A stretch of DNA of 64,000 nt from Kofleriaceae bacterium (GTDB taxonomy: Bacteria; Myxococcota_A; Polyangia; Haliangiales; Haliangiaceae), in assembly GCA_046597055.1 (NCBI GenBank), contig JBKJLC010000301.1, forward strand, positions 32,001-96,000. The letters are read 5' to 3'. A program made the position numbers and the translations under genes. The notes under the pieces were generated by a model. That model searched no databases and was not told where the DNA came from. It worked only from the letters and a program-made list of their open reading frames with translations. Shown in pieces: positions 1-9,620 of this stretch; within the stretch, counting starts at the first letter, position 1; each line of letters opens with the position of its first letter.

Positions 1-1649
1 CCGCGCTCGCCGGCCCGCACGCGCTCGGCGACCAGGCGATAGGCCGCGTCCCGCCCACGCGCGCCCCGGTGCACCGCGGTCATCGGCGGCAGCCGGCCCG
101 GCGGCAGCTCGTCGATGACGGTGGCGTCGAGGTCGCCGTACACGGTGAGCGCCAGGGTCCGCGGGATCGGGGTCGCGGTCATCACCAGCAGGTGCGGCGC
201 GCCGCCGGCCTTGCCCTTCTGGCGCAGCCCCACCCGCTGGGCGACGCCGAACCGGTGCTGCTCGTCGACCACGGCCAGCCCGAGCCGCGCGAGCTCGACC
301 GACTCGCCGAGCAGCGCGTGGGTGCCGACCACCAGATCGATCTCGCCGGCGGCGAGCCGGGCCAGGAGCGGCGCCCGCACCGTCCGCGGCGTCGATGCCG
401 TCAACAGTGCGACCCGCACGCCGGCGCGCTCGGCCCAGCGCGCGAACGTGCCGTGGTGCTGCTCGGCGAGGATCTCGGTCGGCGCCATCACCGCGACCTG
501 GGCGCCGGCGCGGATCGCCTGCAGCGCGGCGGCGAACGCCACCGCGGTCTTGCCGGCCCCGACATCGCCCTGGAGCAACCGGTTCATCGGCACGTCGCCG
601 GCGAGGTCGGCGCCGAGCTCTGCGACCGCGCGGCGCTGGGCCGCGGTCAGCGCGAACGGGAAGGTGCGCGCCAGCTCGTCGTCGAAGGTCGCGGTCGGTG
701 GCAGCGGGGTCGCCCGGTCGGCCCGGCGGAGGCGACGCCGGCGCACGACCACCGCCCCCAGCGCGAACAGCTCGGCGAACGCCAGCCGGCGGTGATGCAC
801 GCTGGTCCCGGCGTTGAGCGCCGCGACCTCGTCCACCGTCAGCGCGAGCGACGGGGCGTGCAGCGCGGTCAGCGCCTCGGCGAGGCTGCCGAGGCCCTGG
901 CGGGCGGCGACCGCGGCCGGCACGCCGTCGTCGAGCTGCGGCGCCAGCGCGAGGTCGAGCGTCGGGCGCGTCGCGGGCGTCAGGACCCGGGCGACCGCGG
1001 CCTGACAGGCCGTGCGCAGCCGCGCGGCCGGCACCCCGGCGAGGTCGGGATACCGAGGCAGGATCCGCGCGCTATCGGCGACGTCGGCGGCGCCGGTCGA
1101 GACCGCGAGCACGTCGGGGTTCGCCATCTCCCAGGCCGTGCCGCGCTTCTTGACCACGCCCGACAGCGCGACCTCCGCGCCGAGCGGGAACCGCTTGTCG
1201 AGCCCGCCGAACACGTTGAACCAGCGCACGGTCAGGATCGCGGGCCGCGCGGCGGCAGCGGCGAACCGGACCTCGCCCCAGCTCCGACCGCGCGCCCGGA
1301 TCATGCGGGCCGACGTCACGACCGCCCGCGCGCCGACCCGATCGCCGGTGGTGGCGCCGGCCAGCGCCGTGTCCAGCTCGGACAGCTCGCGGGCGTCGAG
1401 CCAGCGTCGCGGCACCAGCCACAGCAGGTCCTCGACCGTGGTGAGCCCGCGCTCGGCCAGCGCGGCCGCGAGGGTCGGGCCGATGCCCTTGATCGTCGAC
1501 GCTGGCGCGCTCAGCGGATCGGTGGGATCGGTCAGCGCCACCGGCCGGGGCCGCGCGCGGCCGCGCGGCGAAGTGGGCACCGGCTCGACCACGACAGCGG
1601 CTCCTGAGGACGCCGCCGCCGGCGGCGCCGCGCGACGGGACGGGGGCAT
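1..1649 (-). CDS. recG: ATP-dependent DNA helicase RecG (3' end runs off the window)
   Basis: Minus-strand frame absent from the ORF track (no stop in window). It translates to KGIGP...LTTVEDLLW, MNRLLQGDVGAGKT (Walker A), QVAVMAPTEILAEQH, VVDEQHRFGVAQR and LVMTATPIPRTLALTVYGDLD. In-frame ATG at 1649. Confidence 0.95.
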   Translation of the reverse strand, partial: MPPSRRAAPPAAASSGAAVVVEPVPTSPRGRARPRPVALTDPTDPLSAPASTIKGIGPTLAAALAERGLTTVEDLLWLVPRRWLDARELSELDTALAGATTGDRVGARAVVTSARMIRARGRSWGEVRFAAAAARPAILTVRWFNVFGGLDKRFPLGAEVALSGVVKKRGTAWEMANPDVLAVSTGAADVADSARILPRYPDLAGVPAARLRTACQAAVARVLTPATRPTLDLALAPQLDDGVPAAVAARQGLGSLAEALTALHAPSLALTVDEVAALNAGTSVHHRRLAFAELFALGAVVVRRRRLRRADRATPLPPTATFDDELARTFPFALTAAQRRAVAELGADLAGDVPMNRLLQGDVGAGKTAVAFAAALQAIRAGAQVAVMAPTEILAEQHHGTFARWAERAGVRVALLTASTPRTVRAPLLARLAAGEIDLVVGTHALLGESVELARLGLAVVDEQHRFGVAQRVGLRQKGKAGGAPHLLVMTATPIPRTLALTVYGDLDATVIDELPPGRLPPMTAVHRGARGRDAAYRLVAERVRAGER

Positions 1650-1742
1650 GGCTGCCACGAGGTACCACGTCGCGAGGATCACGGGCGAAACTCGCGCGGC
1701 CCCACTGGTGGCGGCGCGCGGTTGGGCGATACTGCCCGGCGA

Positions 1743-2432
1743 ATGTCCGACCGCAATTACTCGAGGGTGCCGTGCGCGGTCGCCGTCGAGTTTCGATCGG
1801 CGTCGTCCTTCCTGATCGCCTACTCGGTCAACCTGTCGCGCGGCGGTCTGTTCCTCGAGACCGCGACCGATCTGCCGATCGGCACGCGGCTCGAGCTGGC
1901 GTTCAGCGTCCCCGGCGCCGGCCAGGTGCCGCTGCACGGCACGGTGGCCTGGCGGCGCGGCCCCGAGAGCCCCGAGGGTCCGCCCGGCATCGGGGTCGAG
2001 TTCACCGATATCACCACCCAGGTCGGTCAGGTGATCGACCTCCTGGTCGCCGAGTACTGCGGGCTGTCGGTCGTGATCGTCGCCCAGGACGGCAAGGACC
2101 GCGCCTCGTTGTCGCGGCTGGTGAAGTCGATCGTGTCCTCGGCCGAGATCCTGATCGCGGCCGATGCCACCGTCGCCGAGACCCTGCTCACCGACGAGGT
2201 CGACCTCGCGGTCATCGAGATCGACGCCGATCCCGAGGGCGGGCTGGCCGCGGTGCGCCTGGCCCGGTCGCAGAGCCCGCCGGTGCCCGCGATCGCCCTC
2301 GCCTCGACCAAGCGCCTGCGCGACCACGCCCGGGCCGCCGGCGCCGACGAGCTCACCGGCAACCCGCCGGCGTTCGAGGAGCTGCAGGTCGCGGTCGTGC
2401 GCGCGCTCAGCCGCCCCCTGTCGGTCCGATAG
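1743..2432 (+). CDS. TIGR02266-type PilZ domain protein with C-terminal receiver-like domain
   Basis: RVPCAVAVEF...YSVNLSRGGLFLET...GIGVEF PilZ signature, followed by a CheY-like beta/alpha domain (VDLAVIEID, AGADE). Confidence 0.8.
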   Translation: MSDRNYSRVPCAVAVEFRSASSFLIAYSVNLSRGGLFLETATDLPIGTRLELAFSVPGAGQVPLHGTVAWRRGPESPEGPPGIGVEFTDITTQVGQVIDLLVAEYCGLSVVIVAQDGKDRASLSRLVKSIVSSAEILIAADATVAETLLTDEVDLAVIEIDADPEGGLAAVRLARSQSPPVPAIALASTKRLRDHARAAGADELTGNPPAFEELQVAVVRALSRPLSVR

Positions 2433-2440
2433 CCGGCCGG

Positions 2441-2461
2441 CCGCGGACCGGCCGTCCGCGG
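2441..2461. terminator. GC hairpin between convergent genes (possible terminator)
   Basis: CCGCGGAC-cggcc-GTCCGCGG perfect 8-bp stem between the convergent PilZ gene and folD. No U-tract. Confidence 0.3.
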
Positions 2462-2498
2462 ACCGGACAGCCGCCTGCGCCCGACCCCGTCCGGGGTG

Positions 2499-3359
2499 CT
2501 ACGACGCGCGCGCCGCGGCCAGCTCGGCCGCGGTCGCGGTGTTCTCGAGCAGGCAGGCGCGGGTCATCGGGCCGACCCCGCCGGGCACCGGCGTGATCCA
2601 CGCGGCGCGCTCGGCGGCCACCGCGTACTCCACGTCGCCGACCAGCTTGCCGTCGGCGGTCCGGTTGATGCCGACGTCGATCACCGCCGCGCCCGGCTTG
2701 ATCCAGGCGCCCTTGACCAGCCCGGGCTTGCCGATCGCCGCGATCACGATGTCGGCGCTCGCCACCGCCTCGGCCAGGTCGCGGGTGCGCGAGTGGCAGA
2801 GCGTCACGGTCGCGTTGGCGTTGGCGAGCAGGAGCGCGATCGGCTTGCCGACGAGCACGCTGCGGCCGAGCACCACCGCGCGGGCGCCCTCGATCGTCAC
2901 GCCGCCCTTGGCGAGCAGGCGCATGCAGCCGGCCGGCGTGCACGCCGTGAACCGGGGCCGGGCCTGGGCCAGGCGGCCCAGGTTCTCGGGGTGCAGCCCG
3001 TCGACGTCCTTGTGCGGCGGGATGGACTCGATCACCGCGTCGGCGTCGAGCCCGCGCGGCAGCGGCAGCTGCACCAGGATGCCGTGCACCGTCGGGTCGG
3101 CGCCCAGCCGTGCGACCAGGGCGAGCAGCTCGGCCTGCGACACGTCGGCCGACAGCCGGTGATCGCGGGCGTCGATCCCGCACTCGCGCGCGTCCTTGGT
3201 CTTCGAGCGGACGTACACCGCCGACGCCGGATCGTCACCGACCAGCACGACCGCGAGGCCGGGCGTGAGCCCGCCGGCGGCCAGGGCCCGCACGCGCGCC
3301 GCGACGCCGGCCTTGACCTCGGCAGCCAGGGCCTTGCCGTCGAGCACGCCAGCGGTCAT
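2499..3359 (-). CDS. folD: Bifunctional methylenetetrahydrofolate dehydrogenase/cyclohydrolase
   Basis: [58 protein letters not shown]. Confidence 0.97.
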   Translation of the reverse strand: MTAGVLDGKALAAEVKAGVAARVRALAAGGLTPGLAVVLVGDDPASAVYVRSKTKDARECGIDARDHRLSADVSQAELLALVARLGADPTVHGILVQLPLPRGLDADAVIESIPPHKDVDGLHPENLGRLAQARPRFTACTPAGCMRLLAKGGVTIEGARAVVLGRSVLVGKPIALLLANANATVTLCHSRTRDLAEAVASADIVIAAIGKPGLVKGAWIKPGAAVIDVGINRTADGKLVGDVEYAVAAERAAWITPVPGGVGPMTRACLLENTATAAELAAARAS

Positions 3360-3802
3360 GACGATGCCGCGACCTTCGCCGAGCCGGCCGCACCGGTCCC
3401 GGAGCTGGGCGCCGCGGGTGGGGTCGACGAGCCCGCGCTCGACGAGCCGCCGCCATCGCCGCCGCCGGCCGCCCCGCCGCCCTTGTCGCCGCCGCCCTTG
3501 TCGCCGCCGCCCTTGTCGCCGCTGCCCTTGTCGCCGCTGCCCTTGTCGCCGCCGCCCTTGTCGGCGCTGGCGGCCTTGTCACCGCTGGCCGCGGCCTTGT
3601 CGCCGCCACCGTCGGCGGCCGGCTTGGTCGAGGCGTACAGATCCTTGTACCAACCGCCGCCCTTGAACGCGAACGAGGTCCGCGAGATCAGCCGCTCGAG
3701 CTCACCACCACACTGCTCGCAGGTGGTCTTCTTCTCGCTCATGCGATGCTCGTACTCGAACTCGTTGCTGCACGCGGTGCAGCGGTACTCGTAGACTGGC
3801 AT
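3356..3802 (-). CDS. FmdB-family zinc-ribbon protein with Gly/Asp/Lys low-complexity tail
   Basis: [11 protein letters not shown]...CEQC...FKGGGWY. The stop overlaps the folD start. Confidence 0.9.
   Translation of the reverse strand: MPVYEYRCTACSNEFEYEHRMSEKKTTCEQCGGELERLISRTSFAFKGGGWYKDLYASTKPAADGGGDKAAASGDKAASADKGGGDKGSGDKGSGDKGGGDKGGGDKGGGAAGGGDGGGSSSAGSSTPPAAPSSGTGAAGSAKVAASS
3480..3563. repeat. Coding 15-bp tandem repeat (CCCTTGTCGCCGC[C/T]G, about 5.5 copies) encoding DKG[G/S]G
   Basis: Directly visible tandem units inside the FmdB-family gene. Confidence 0.85.
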
Positions 3803-3804
3803 CG

Positions 3805-4863
3805 TTACCTCGGGGCGGGGACTACCATGGGCGGTGTCGTCGCGACAAGCTCGGCGGTGGGCGCCGCGTCGTCGATGTCGGTGACGCGCACGCCGAGCGC
3901 GCCGTCGATCGTGACCAGCTCGCCGCGCGCGACCACCCGCGCACCGGCGCGAACCTCGACGGCGGTGCCGATCGGCCGCCCGGTGGCGAGGACCTGCCCG
4001 GGCGCCAGCTCGAGCAGCTGGCGCGCCGACACCGTCACGTCGGCGACCACGATCGTCAGCGGGATCCGCAGGTCGTCGCCGAGTGGCTCGGGGTCGTCGT
4101 GGCGGTCAGGAGCGGTGGTCATCGCGATCGCACGCCGGTACGGCGCCCGCACGATAAGCCCACCGCCGCCGGGGTCAAGGGCCACCGCGATCCCGCCGGC
4201 ACCGATCCACAAGATCGCCGCGGCCGGCCCGACGACGATCACGTCGCGTCGCCGCACGTCGCCGAGCGCGGCTCGGCCGCCGAGCGTCCCTCGCGCCAGC
4301 TCGAGCGTCGCGCTCACCGGGGGCAGCCGGTCGCCACGGGTCCCGACCAGTCCGGCCAGCCCGCGCGCCGGCGCGGTCCGCACCCGCGGCATCGCGATCG
4401 CCAGCCCCGACGCGACCGGCGCGGTCACGGTGAGCTCGCACAGGAGCGCGCCTACCAGCCGGGGCACGTCGTCGATCGGCTCGACCGTGGCGTCGAGCCC
4501 GGCGCGTCCGAGCGCGTCGGCCAGCGCGACCGCGACGAACGCCCGTTCGGCCGGCGTCGGCGGCCGCGGCGCCGCGAGCTCGCGGTCGGCCGGCTCGTCG
4601 AGCACCCGGCGCGCGATCGCCCGCCACAGCGGCCAAGGCGCGAGCGCGACCGCGAGCGCCCCACCGCGGCGGACCCCGACCCGCGCCGCGGTCGGCTCGG
4701 CCAGCCGACGGGCAACCTCCGCCGGCTCGCTCACGGTCCGCGCCCAGCGCACCGCGCCCAGCACGCCGCCATCGGGCCAGCGCGCTGCGTCGAGCCAGCC
4801 GGCCAGCGCCGATTCCGCCCAGGTCGCGGCCGCGACGCTCTCCCACGGGAACCGAACCACCAT
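3805..4863 (-). CDS. FliM/FliN-SctQ family (SpoA domain) C-ring-like protein
   Basis: C-terminal SpoA domain (IPLTIVVADVTVSARQLLELAPGQVL...VEVRAGARVVARGELVTIDGALGVRV) and a degenerate upstream SpoA repeat. Start ATG 4863 has TACGAT 5 nt upstream. Confidence 0.75.
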   Translation of the reverse strand: MVVRFPWESVAAATWAESALAGWLDAARWPDGGVLGAVRWARTVSEPAEVARRLAEPTAARVGVRRGGALAVALAPWPLWRAIARRVLDEPADRELAAPRPPTPAERAFVAVALADALGRAGLDATVEPIDDVPRLVGALLCELTVTAPVASGLAIAMPRVRTAPARGLAGLVGTRGDRLPPVSATLELARGTLGGRAALGDVRRRDVIVVGPAAAILWIGAGGIAVALDPGGGGLIVRAPYRRAIAMTTAPDRHDDPEPLGDDLRIPLTIVVADVTVSARQLLELAPGQVLATGRPIGTAVEVRAGARVVARGELVTIDGALGVRVTDIDDAAPTAELVATTPPMVVPAPR

Positions 4864-5013
4864 GGCGCATCGTATTACCCCGCCGCTGGGGCGCCTCGAC
4901 GCCCTCAACCGATCATCGTCACTGCGGCGGGGTACTCGCCAGAAAGTGGCCCCCGCCGCCGGGATGGGTACGATCAGCACCTACATCGGACTACCACTGC
5001 GGAGGGGGCACCC

Positions 5014-5382
5014 ATGCGTGACCGTCGGCTCGGCTACCGGATCCCGTTCACCACCATGCTGACCTCGTTCATTCGCGATCGGCCGGTGCGCGCGCTCGCC
5101 CACGACCTGAGCGACACCGGCATGCGCCTGCACGCCGTGTCGCCGCTGGCACCGACGCCCGGGACGACCCTGGCGATCGAGCTCGACCTGCCCGGCGGCA
5201 CCGATACGATCTGGGCGTCGGGTCAGGTCTGCTACCGCAAGGGCGATGACCTCGCCAGCGGCCTCGGCGTGCGCTTCACCGCGATGGCCCAGCTCCACGC
5301 CCGGATGCTGCGCGAGTTCTGCATCGAGAGCCGTCGCAGCCACCTCGGCAGCCTGCTCGGGCGCATCCGCGGCGCGGCCTAG
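5014..5382 (+). CDS. Stand-alone PilZ domain protein
   Basis: RRLGYR (RxxxR), DLSDTG (DxSxxG), GLGVRF. GGAGG upstream. Confidence 0.85.
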   Translation: MRDRRLGYRIPFTTMLTSFIRDRPVRALAHDLSDTGMRLHAVSPLAPTPGTTLAIELDLPGGTDTIWASGQVCYRKGDDLASGLGVRFTAMAQLHARMLREFCIESRRSHLGSLLGRIRGAA

Positions 5383-5451
5383 CATCGCGAGGGTCCCGTG
5401 GGGACCATCTGCACCGGCGCCGGCCCGGGCCGCGCGTTATAGTTCGCCCAG

Positions 5452-8400
5452 GTGTCCGTGCGCTCGACCCAACGCCGAATCGCCGCCGTGCTGCTCGGCG
5501 CGGCGGTGTCCCTGTCCATGCTCCCCGCGCGCGCCGCGCTCGCCCAGGCCGACGACGACTGGTCGGTCACCCGCGACCCGTTCGACAAGGCGGTGGTCGG
5601 CAAGCTCAAGGGCATCCTCGCGCGCAACCCGAACGATGCCGACGCGCTGGCCAAGCTGCTCGGCCTGTACCGGCGCTACCGCACGGTCCAGCTGCTGCGC
5701 GACGAGTACGACGCGGCGCTGGTGAAGAAGCCGACCGACTGGCCGACGCTGGTCGTGCTGGCGCGGCTCGCCCGGGCCACGGGCGACGACCCGGCCGCGC
5801 TCGGCTTCTACCAGCGCGCGGCCGCGGTCAAGGACGACCCGGCGGTCGCGCTCGAGCTCGGCGGGCTCTACCGCACGGCCGGCAAGACCGCCGAGGCCCG
5901 CGCCGCGTACACCCAGGCGATCGCGGCCGGCGCCAGCAAGCCGGTGCGGATGAAGGCGCTGCGCGCGCTCGCCGATCTCGCGCTGGCGGCCAAGGACATC
6001 GAGGGCGCCCGTCGCTTCTTCGAGCAGTACATCGCGCTCGATCCCGGCAACGGGCAGCTCCGCCTCGAGCTCGGCGACGCGCTGGCCCAGGCCGGCAAGC
6101 ACGACGACGCGATCGCGGTCTACCTCGACGCCGAGAAGAAGCTCGGCGGTGATCCGGCGCGGCGGGTCGAGGTGGTCGCGCGCATCGGCGCCGCCCAGGA
6201 GGGCAAGGGCGACGACCTGGCGGCGGTCGAGAGCTACCGGCGCGCGATCAAGCTGGTGCCGAGGGGCTACTACCTCGAAGTCGAGCTCACCGCGCGCATC
6301 ATCGACATGTACCGGCGCAAGCAGACCTTGCCCGAGCTGCTCGCGGTCTACGAGAAGGAGTGGGCCGAGGGCCGCCGCGGCCACTTCGAGTGGGACACGC
6401 TGGCCCGCCTCTACGAGGAGACCGGCGATCAGGACAAGGCGGTGCTCGCCTACAAGAGGGCGGTCGCCAAGGCGCCGTTCGAGCTCGAGACCCAGCGCCG
6501 GCTGATCCAGCTGCTCGAGGCGCTGGGCCGCGACAAGGAGGCGCTGGCCCAGTACGAGGTGGTCGCGCGCGAGGCGCCCGGCGAGGCCCGGTTCCAGCTC
6601 GAGCTGGCCGAGCGCTACATGCGCGCCGGCGATCAGAAGCGCGCGCTCGACGCGGTCCGCAAGCTCGAGTCGCGCTTCCCGGGCGACGCCGGCGTGCAGT
6701 CGGCGATCGCCGACATGTACACGCGGTGGGGCCGCGAGGATCAGGCGCTGGCCGCGTTCGAACGGCTGGCGCGGCTCGAGCCCGACGAGCCGGCGCACCT
6801 GGTCACGCTCGGCGAGCAGTACCACCAGCGCGGTCAGAAGGACAAAGCGATGGCGACCTGGAAGCGGATCGCGAACACGCGCTCCGCCGCCGCGTACGCC
6901 AAGCTCGGCGACGTGCTCGCCGAGCACGACGCGCCCGCCGAGGGCCTGGTCTACTACGCGAAGGCGCTCAAGCTCGAGCCGGCCAGCGCCGAGCTCTACC
7001 GCGGCCGCGCCCAGATCCACGAACGCCAGAAGAGCTTCGCCGAGGCGGTCGCCGACTGGGAAAAGGCGCTGGCGCTCTGGACCAAGCCGAGCGACCGCAC
7101 CGCCCGCCGCGAGGGCCGGCGTCGCATCGTCAACCTGCTGCCGCGCTGGGAGGGCGGCCGCAAGGAGGCCGAGTACTTCGACCGCTGGAAGCGCGGCTTC
7201 CTCAAGACGCCGCCCGACCTCGAGGCCGGCTACTACCTGGTCGAGTATTACGGCCGTCGCCCGCAGCAGGGCCAGCCGCGGGCGACGCTCGAGCGCATCC
7301 TCGAGGTCACCCCCGACGACCAGGACTCGATGCAGGACCTGGTCAAGGTCTACCGCGGGCTGCGCGAGTTCGATCGCGCGGTCGAGTTGCTGCTCAAGCT
7401 CGCCGAGCAGAACCCCACCCGCGAGCGCGAGGTCTACAGCCAGATCGCCGAGATCAAGACCGAGGCCGGCCACGGCGACGAGGCGATCGCGTGGGCGCAG
7501 AAGGCGCTGGCCAAGAGCCCCAACGATCCGGTCGCGTACGAGCGGCTGGCCGAGCGCTACGAGGATCTCAAGCAGTTCGACCTGGCGGCCGCCGCCTATC
7601 AGCGCGTGATCGAGCTCGACGCGCGCAACTTCAAGGCGTACTTCGCCCTCGCCTCGCTGCACGAGTTCGACGCCCGCTACCGGCAGGCGATCGAACTCTA
7701 CTTGCGCATCTTGCGCCAGGCCACCGACGACGACCAGCTGGTCCGCGCTGCCGGCAAGGCCTTCATCCTCGAGGAGGCCGAGGGCTCGCTCGGCGAGCTC
7801 GAGCGGGTGATCGCGCCGCTGTCGACCATCCTGTCGCACAAGCCGGTGTACCGGCGGATCCTGGTCAGCCTGTACGAGCGCTACGTGCCGACCCTGGTCG
7901 CGCGGACCCACCACGGCCCGCCCGAGGGGCGCGCCGCCGCCGCCGCCGAGCTCGAGCGGCTCGGCAAGGGCGGCATGAAGGCGCTGCTCGACGCGCTCGG
8001 CGACGACAAGGACCCCGGCCAGCGGGCGGTGGCGGTCAAGGTGCTCGGCCACCTCGGCAACCGGGCCGCGGCGGTGCCGCTGGTCCGAGTCGCCAAGGAA
8101 GAGCCGCCACCGATCGACCCGACCGCGCCCCGCCAGCTCGGCACCCTGACCCAGTCGCTCGATCTCGAGGCGCGGGTGAAGGCGCTGGTCGCGGCCGGCC
8201 GCCTCGGCGAGCCGCGGGTGGTCCCCGAGGTGCTGCCGCTGGCGCGCCACGGCGAGGTCGCGCTGCGCGAGGCGGCGGTGTTCACGCTGGCCCGCACCCG
8301 CGACGCCCGCGCGGTGCCGGCGCTCGCGGATGCGCTGGCCGATCGCCGGCCGTCGGTCGCGGCGCTCGCCTGCCTCGGGCTCGGCGGCATCGACGACGCC

Positions 8401-9549
8401 CGCGCCCGCACGCTGCTGCAGAAGACGCTGGCCGACGCCAGGACCCACGACCTGGTGCGCGCCGCGTGCGCGGCGGGCGCCGCGAGCCAGGGCGGGTCGG
8501 CGGTGCCGGCCCTGATCGGTGCCCTGGGCGACAACGCCGGCGAGACCCAGCGGATCGCGGCCTGGGCGCTCGGCCACCTCGGCGATCGCAAGGCCCTGCC
8601 GGCCCTGTACGGTGCGTACTTCCGGCGGGTCGGCCAGGATCGTTCGACCCTCGAGTGGGCGATCGCACGGGTCGCCGGGGCGCCGCCGGCGCCGCTGCCC
8701 GACCTCGCGGTCTATCCGATGCGCGCCGGCAAGCTCGACCTGACCGCGATGATGCGCGGCATTCCCGGCGAGCTGCCGGTCGCGCCGATCCCGCCCGCCG
8801 CGATCATCGGCCACGAGCCCGCGCTGGCCGCCGCGATCGACACCGCGCTCGCCGGCCATCGCGACGAGGCGCTGTCGGTGCTCGCCGACCTCGACAGCCG
8901 AGACGCCGGCCTCGGGCTCGGCGCGCTCACCACCGGCGAGGTGACGGCGGCGGCCGCGACCTCGCTCGACCGGATCGGCGCGTCGATCCTCGCCCGCGTG
9001 GTGGCCCGCGCCAAGGACGACGACGTGAAGGTCGCCGAGCGGGCGGTCGCGGTCGCCGCCAAGATCGGCGGCGCGCCCGCGGTCGCCGCGGTCCAGGCCG
9101 GCCTGGCCTCGAAGAGCCCGCTGGTGCGCACGACCGCGACCCACGCGATCGCCACCCTCGAGCGGCGCGGCGGCGTGCCGGCGGACCTGCGCGCGATGCT
9201 GGCCACCCGGCTCACCGCGACCGCCTGGGAAGATCGCCGGGACGCCGCCCAGACGCTCGGCGAGCTCGGCCCCCGCGCGACCGCCGCCGAGGTGACCGCG
9301 CTGGCGATCGCCACCCGTGATCGCTACTCGTACGTGCGTGACGCCGCGGTGGTGGCGCTCGGTCGCATCCGCGCGCCCGGCGGGCTCGACGCGCTGCTGG
9401 CGTCGAGCCGCGACGACGACTGGTGGGTTCGCGCCAGCGCCGCGACCGCCCTCCGGAGCGCGGGCGACTCCCGCGCCAGCGCCCGCGTGGCGGAGATGGC
9501 AAAGAGCGATCCCCGGCCCGAGGTCAGGGCCGCCGCGGCCGGTAAATAA
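5452..9549 (+). CDS. Large exported TPR + HEAT-repeat protein (1365 aa)
   Basis: Signal peptide ending ALAQA, about 800 aa of TPR-like repeats, then PBS-lyase/HEAT repeats (e.g. VRDAAVVALG, VRASAATAL). Confidence 0.85.
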   Translation: MSVRSTQRRIAAVLLGAAVSLSMLPARAALAQADDDWSVTRDPFDKAVVGKLKGILARNPNDADALAKLLGLYRRYRTVQLLRDEYDAALVKKPTDWPTLVVLARLARATGDDPAALGFYQRAAAVKDDPAVALELGGLYRTAGKTAEARAAYTQAIAAGASKPVRMKALRALADLALAAKDIEGARRFFEQYIALDPGNGQLRLELGDALAQAGKHDDAIAVYLDAEKKLGGDPARRVEVVARIGAAQEGKGDDLAAVESYRRAIKLVPRGYYLEVELTARIIDMYRRKQTLPELLAVYEKEWAEGRRGHFEWDTLARLYEETGDQDKAVLAYKRAVAKAPFELETQRRLIQLLEALGRDKEALAQYEVVAREAPGEARFQLELAERYMRAGDQKRALDAVRKLESRFPGDAGVQSAIADMYTRWGREDQALAAFERLARLEPDEPAHLVTLGEQYHQRGQKDKAMATWKRIANTRSAAAYAKLGDVLAEHDAPAEGLVYYAKALKLEPASAELYRGRAQIHERQKSFAEAVADWEKALALWTKPSDRTARREGRRRIVNLLPRWEGGRKEAEYFDRWKRGFLKTPPDLEAGYYLVEYYGRRPQQGQPRATLERILEVTPDDQDSMQDLVKVYRGLREFDRAVELLLKLAEQNPTREREVYSQIAEIKTEAGHGDEAIAWAQKALAKSPNDPVAYERLAERYEDLKQFDLAAAAYQRVIELDARNFKAYFALASLHEFDARYRQAIELYLRILRQATDDDQLVRAAGKAFILEEAEGSLGELERVIAPLSTILSHKPVYRRILVSLYERYVPTLVARTHHGPPEGRAAAAAELERLGKGGMKALLDALGDDKDPGQRAVAVKVLGHLGNRAAAVPLVRVAKEEPPPIDPTAPRQLGTLTQSLDLEARVKALVAAGRLGEPRVVPEVLPLARHGEVALREAAVFTLARTRDARAVPALADALADRRPSVAALACLGLGGIDDARARTLLQKTLADARTHDLVRAACAAGAASQGGSAVPALIGALGDNAGETQRIAAWALGHLGDRKALPALYGAYFRRVGQDRSTLEWAIARVAGAPPAPLPDLAVYPMRAGKLDLTAMMRGIPGELPVAPIPPAAIIGHEPALAAAIDTALAGHRDEALSVLADLDSRDAGLGLGALTTGEVTAAAATSLDRIGASILARVVARAKDDDVKVAERAVAVAAKIGGAPAVAAVQAGLASKSPLVRTTATHAIATLERRGGVPADLRAMLATRLTATAWEDRRDAAQTLGELGPRATAAEVTALAIATRDRYSYVRDAAVVALGRIRAPGGLDALLASSRDDDWWVRASAATALRSAGDSRASARVAEMAKSDPRPEVRAAAAGK

Positions 9550-9583
9550 GCGCGGTCGCCGAAAAAGACACGGTTTCGCAAGT

Positions 9584-9612
9584 TTGACGGGGATCGCCCG
9601 CGAGCCTATTCT
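9584..9612 (+). promoter_or_regulatory. Sigma70-type promoter, near-leaderless
   Basis: TTGACG-N17-TATTCT, then 8 nt to ATG 9621, with no Shine-Dalgarno. Confidence 0.7.
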
Positions 9613-9620
9613 CGTCAGGC

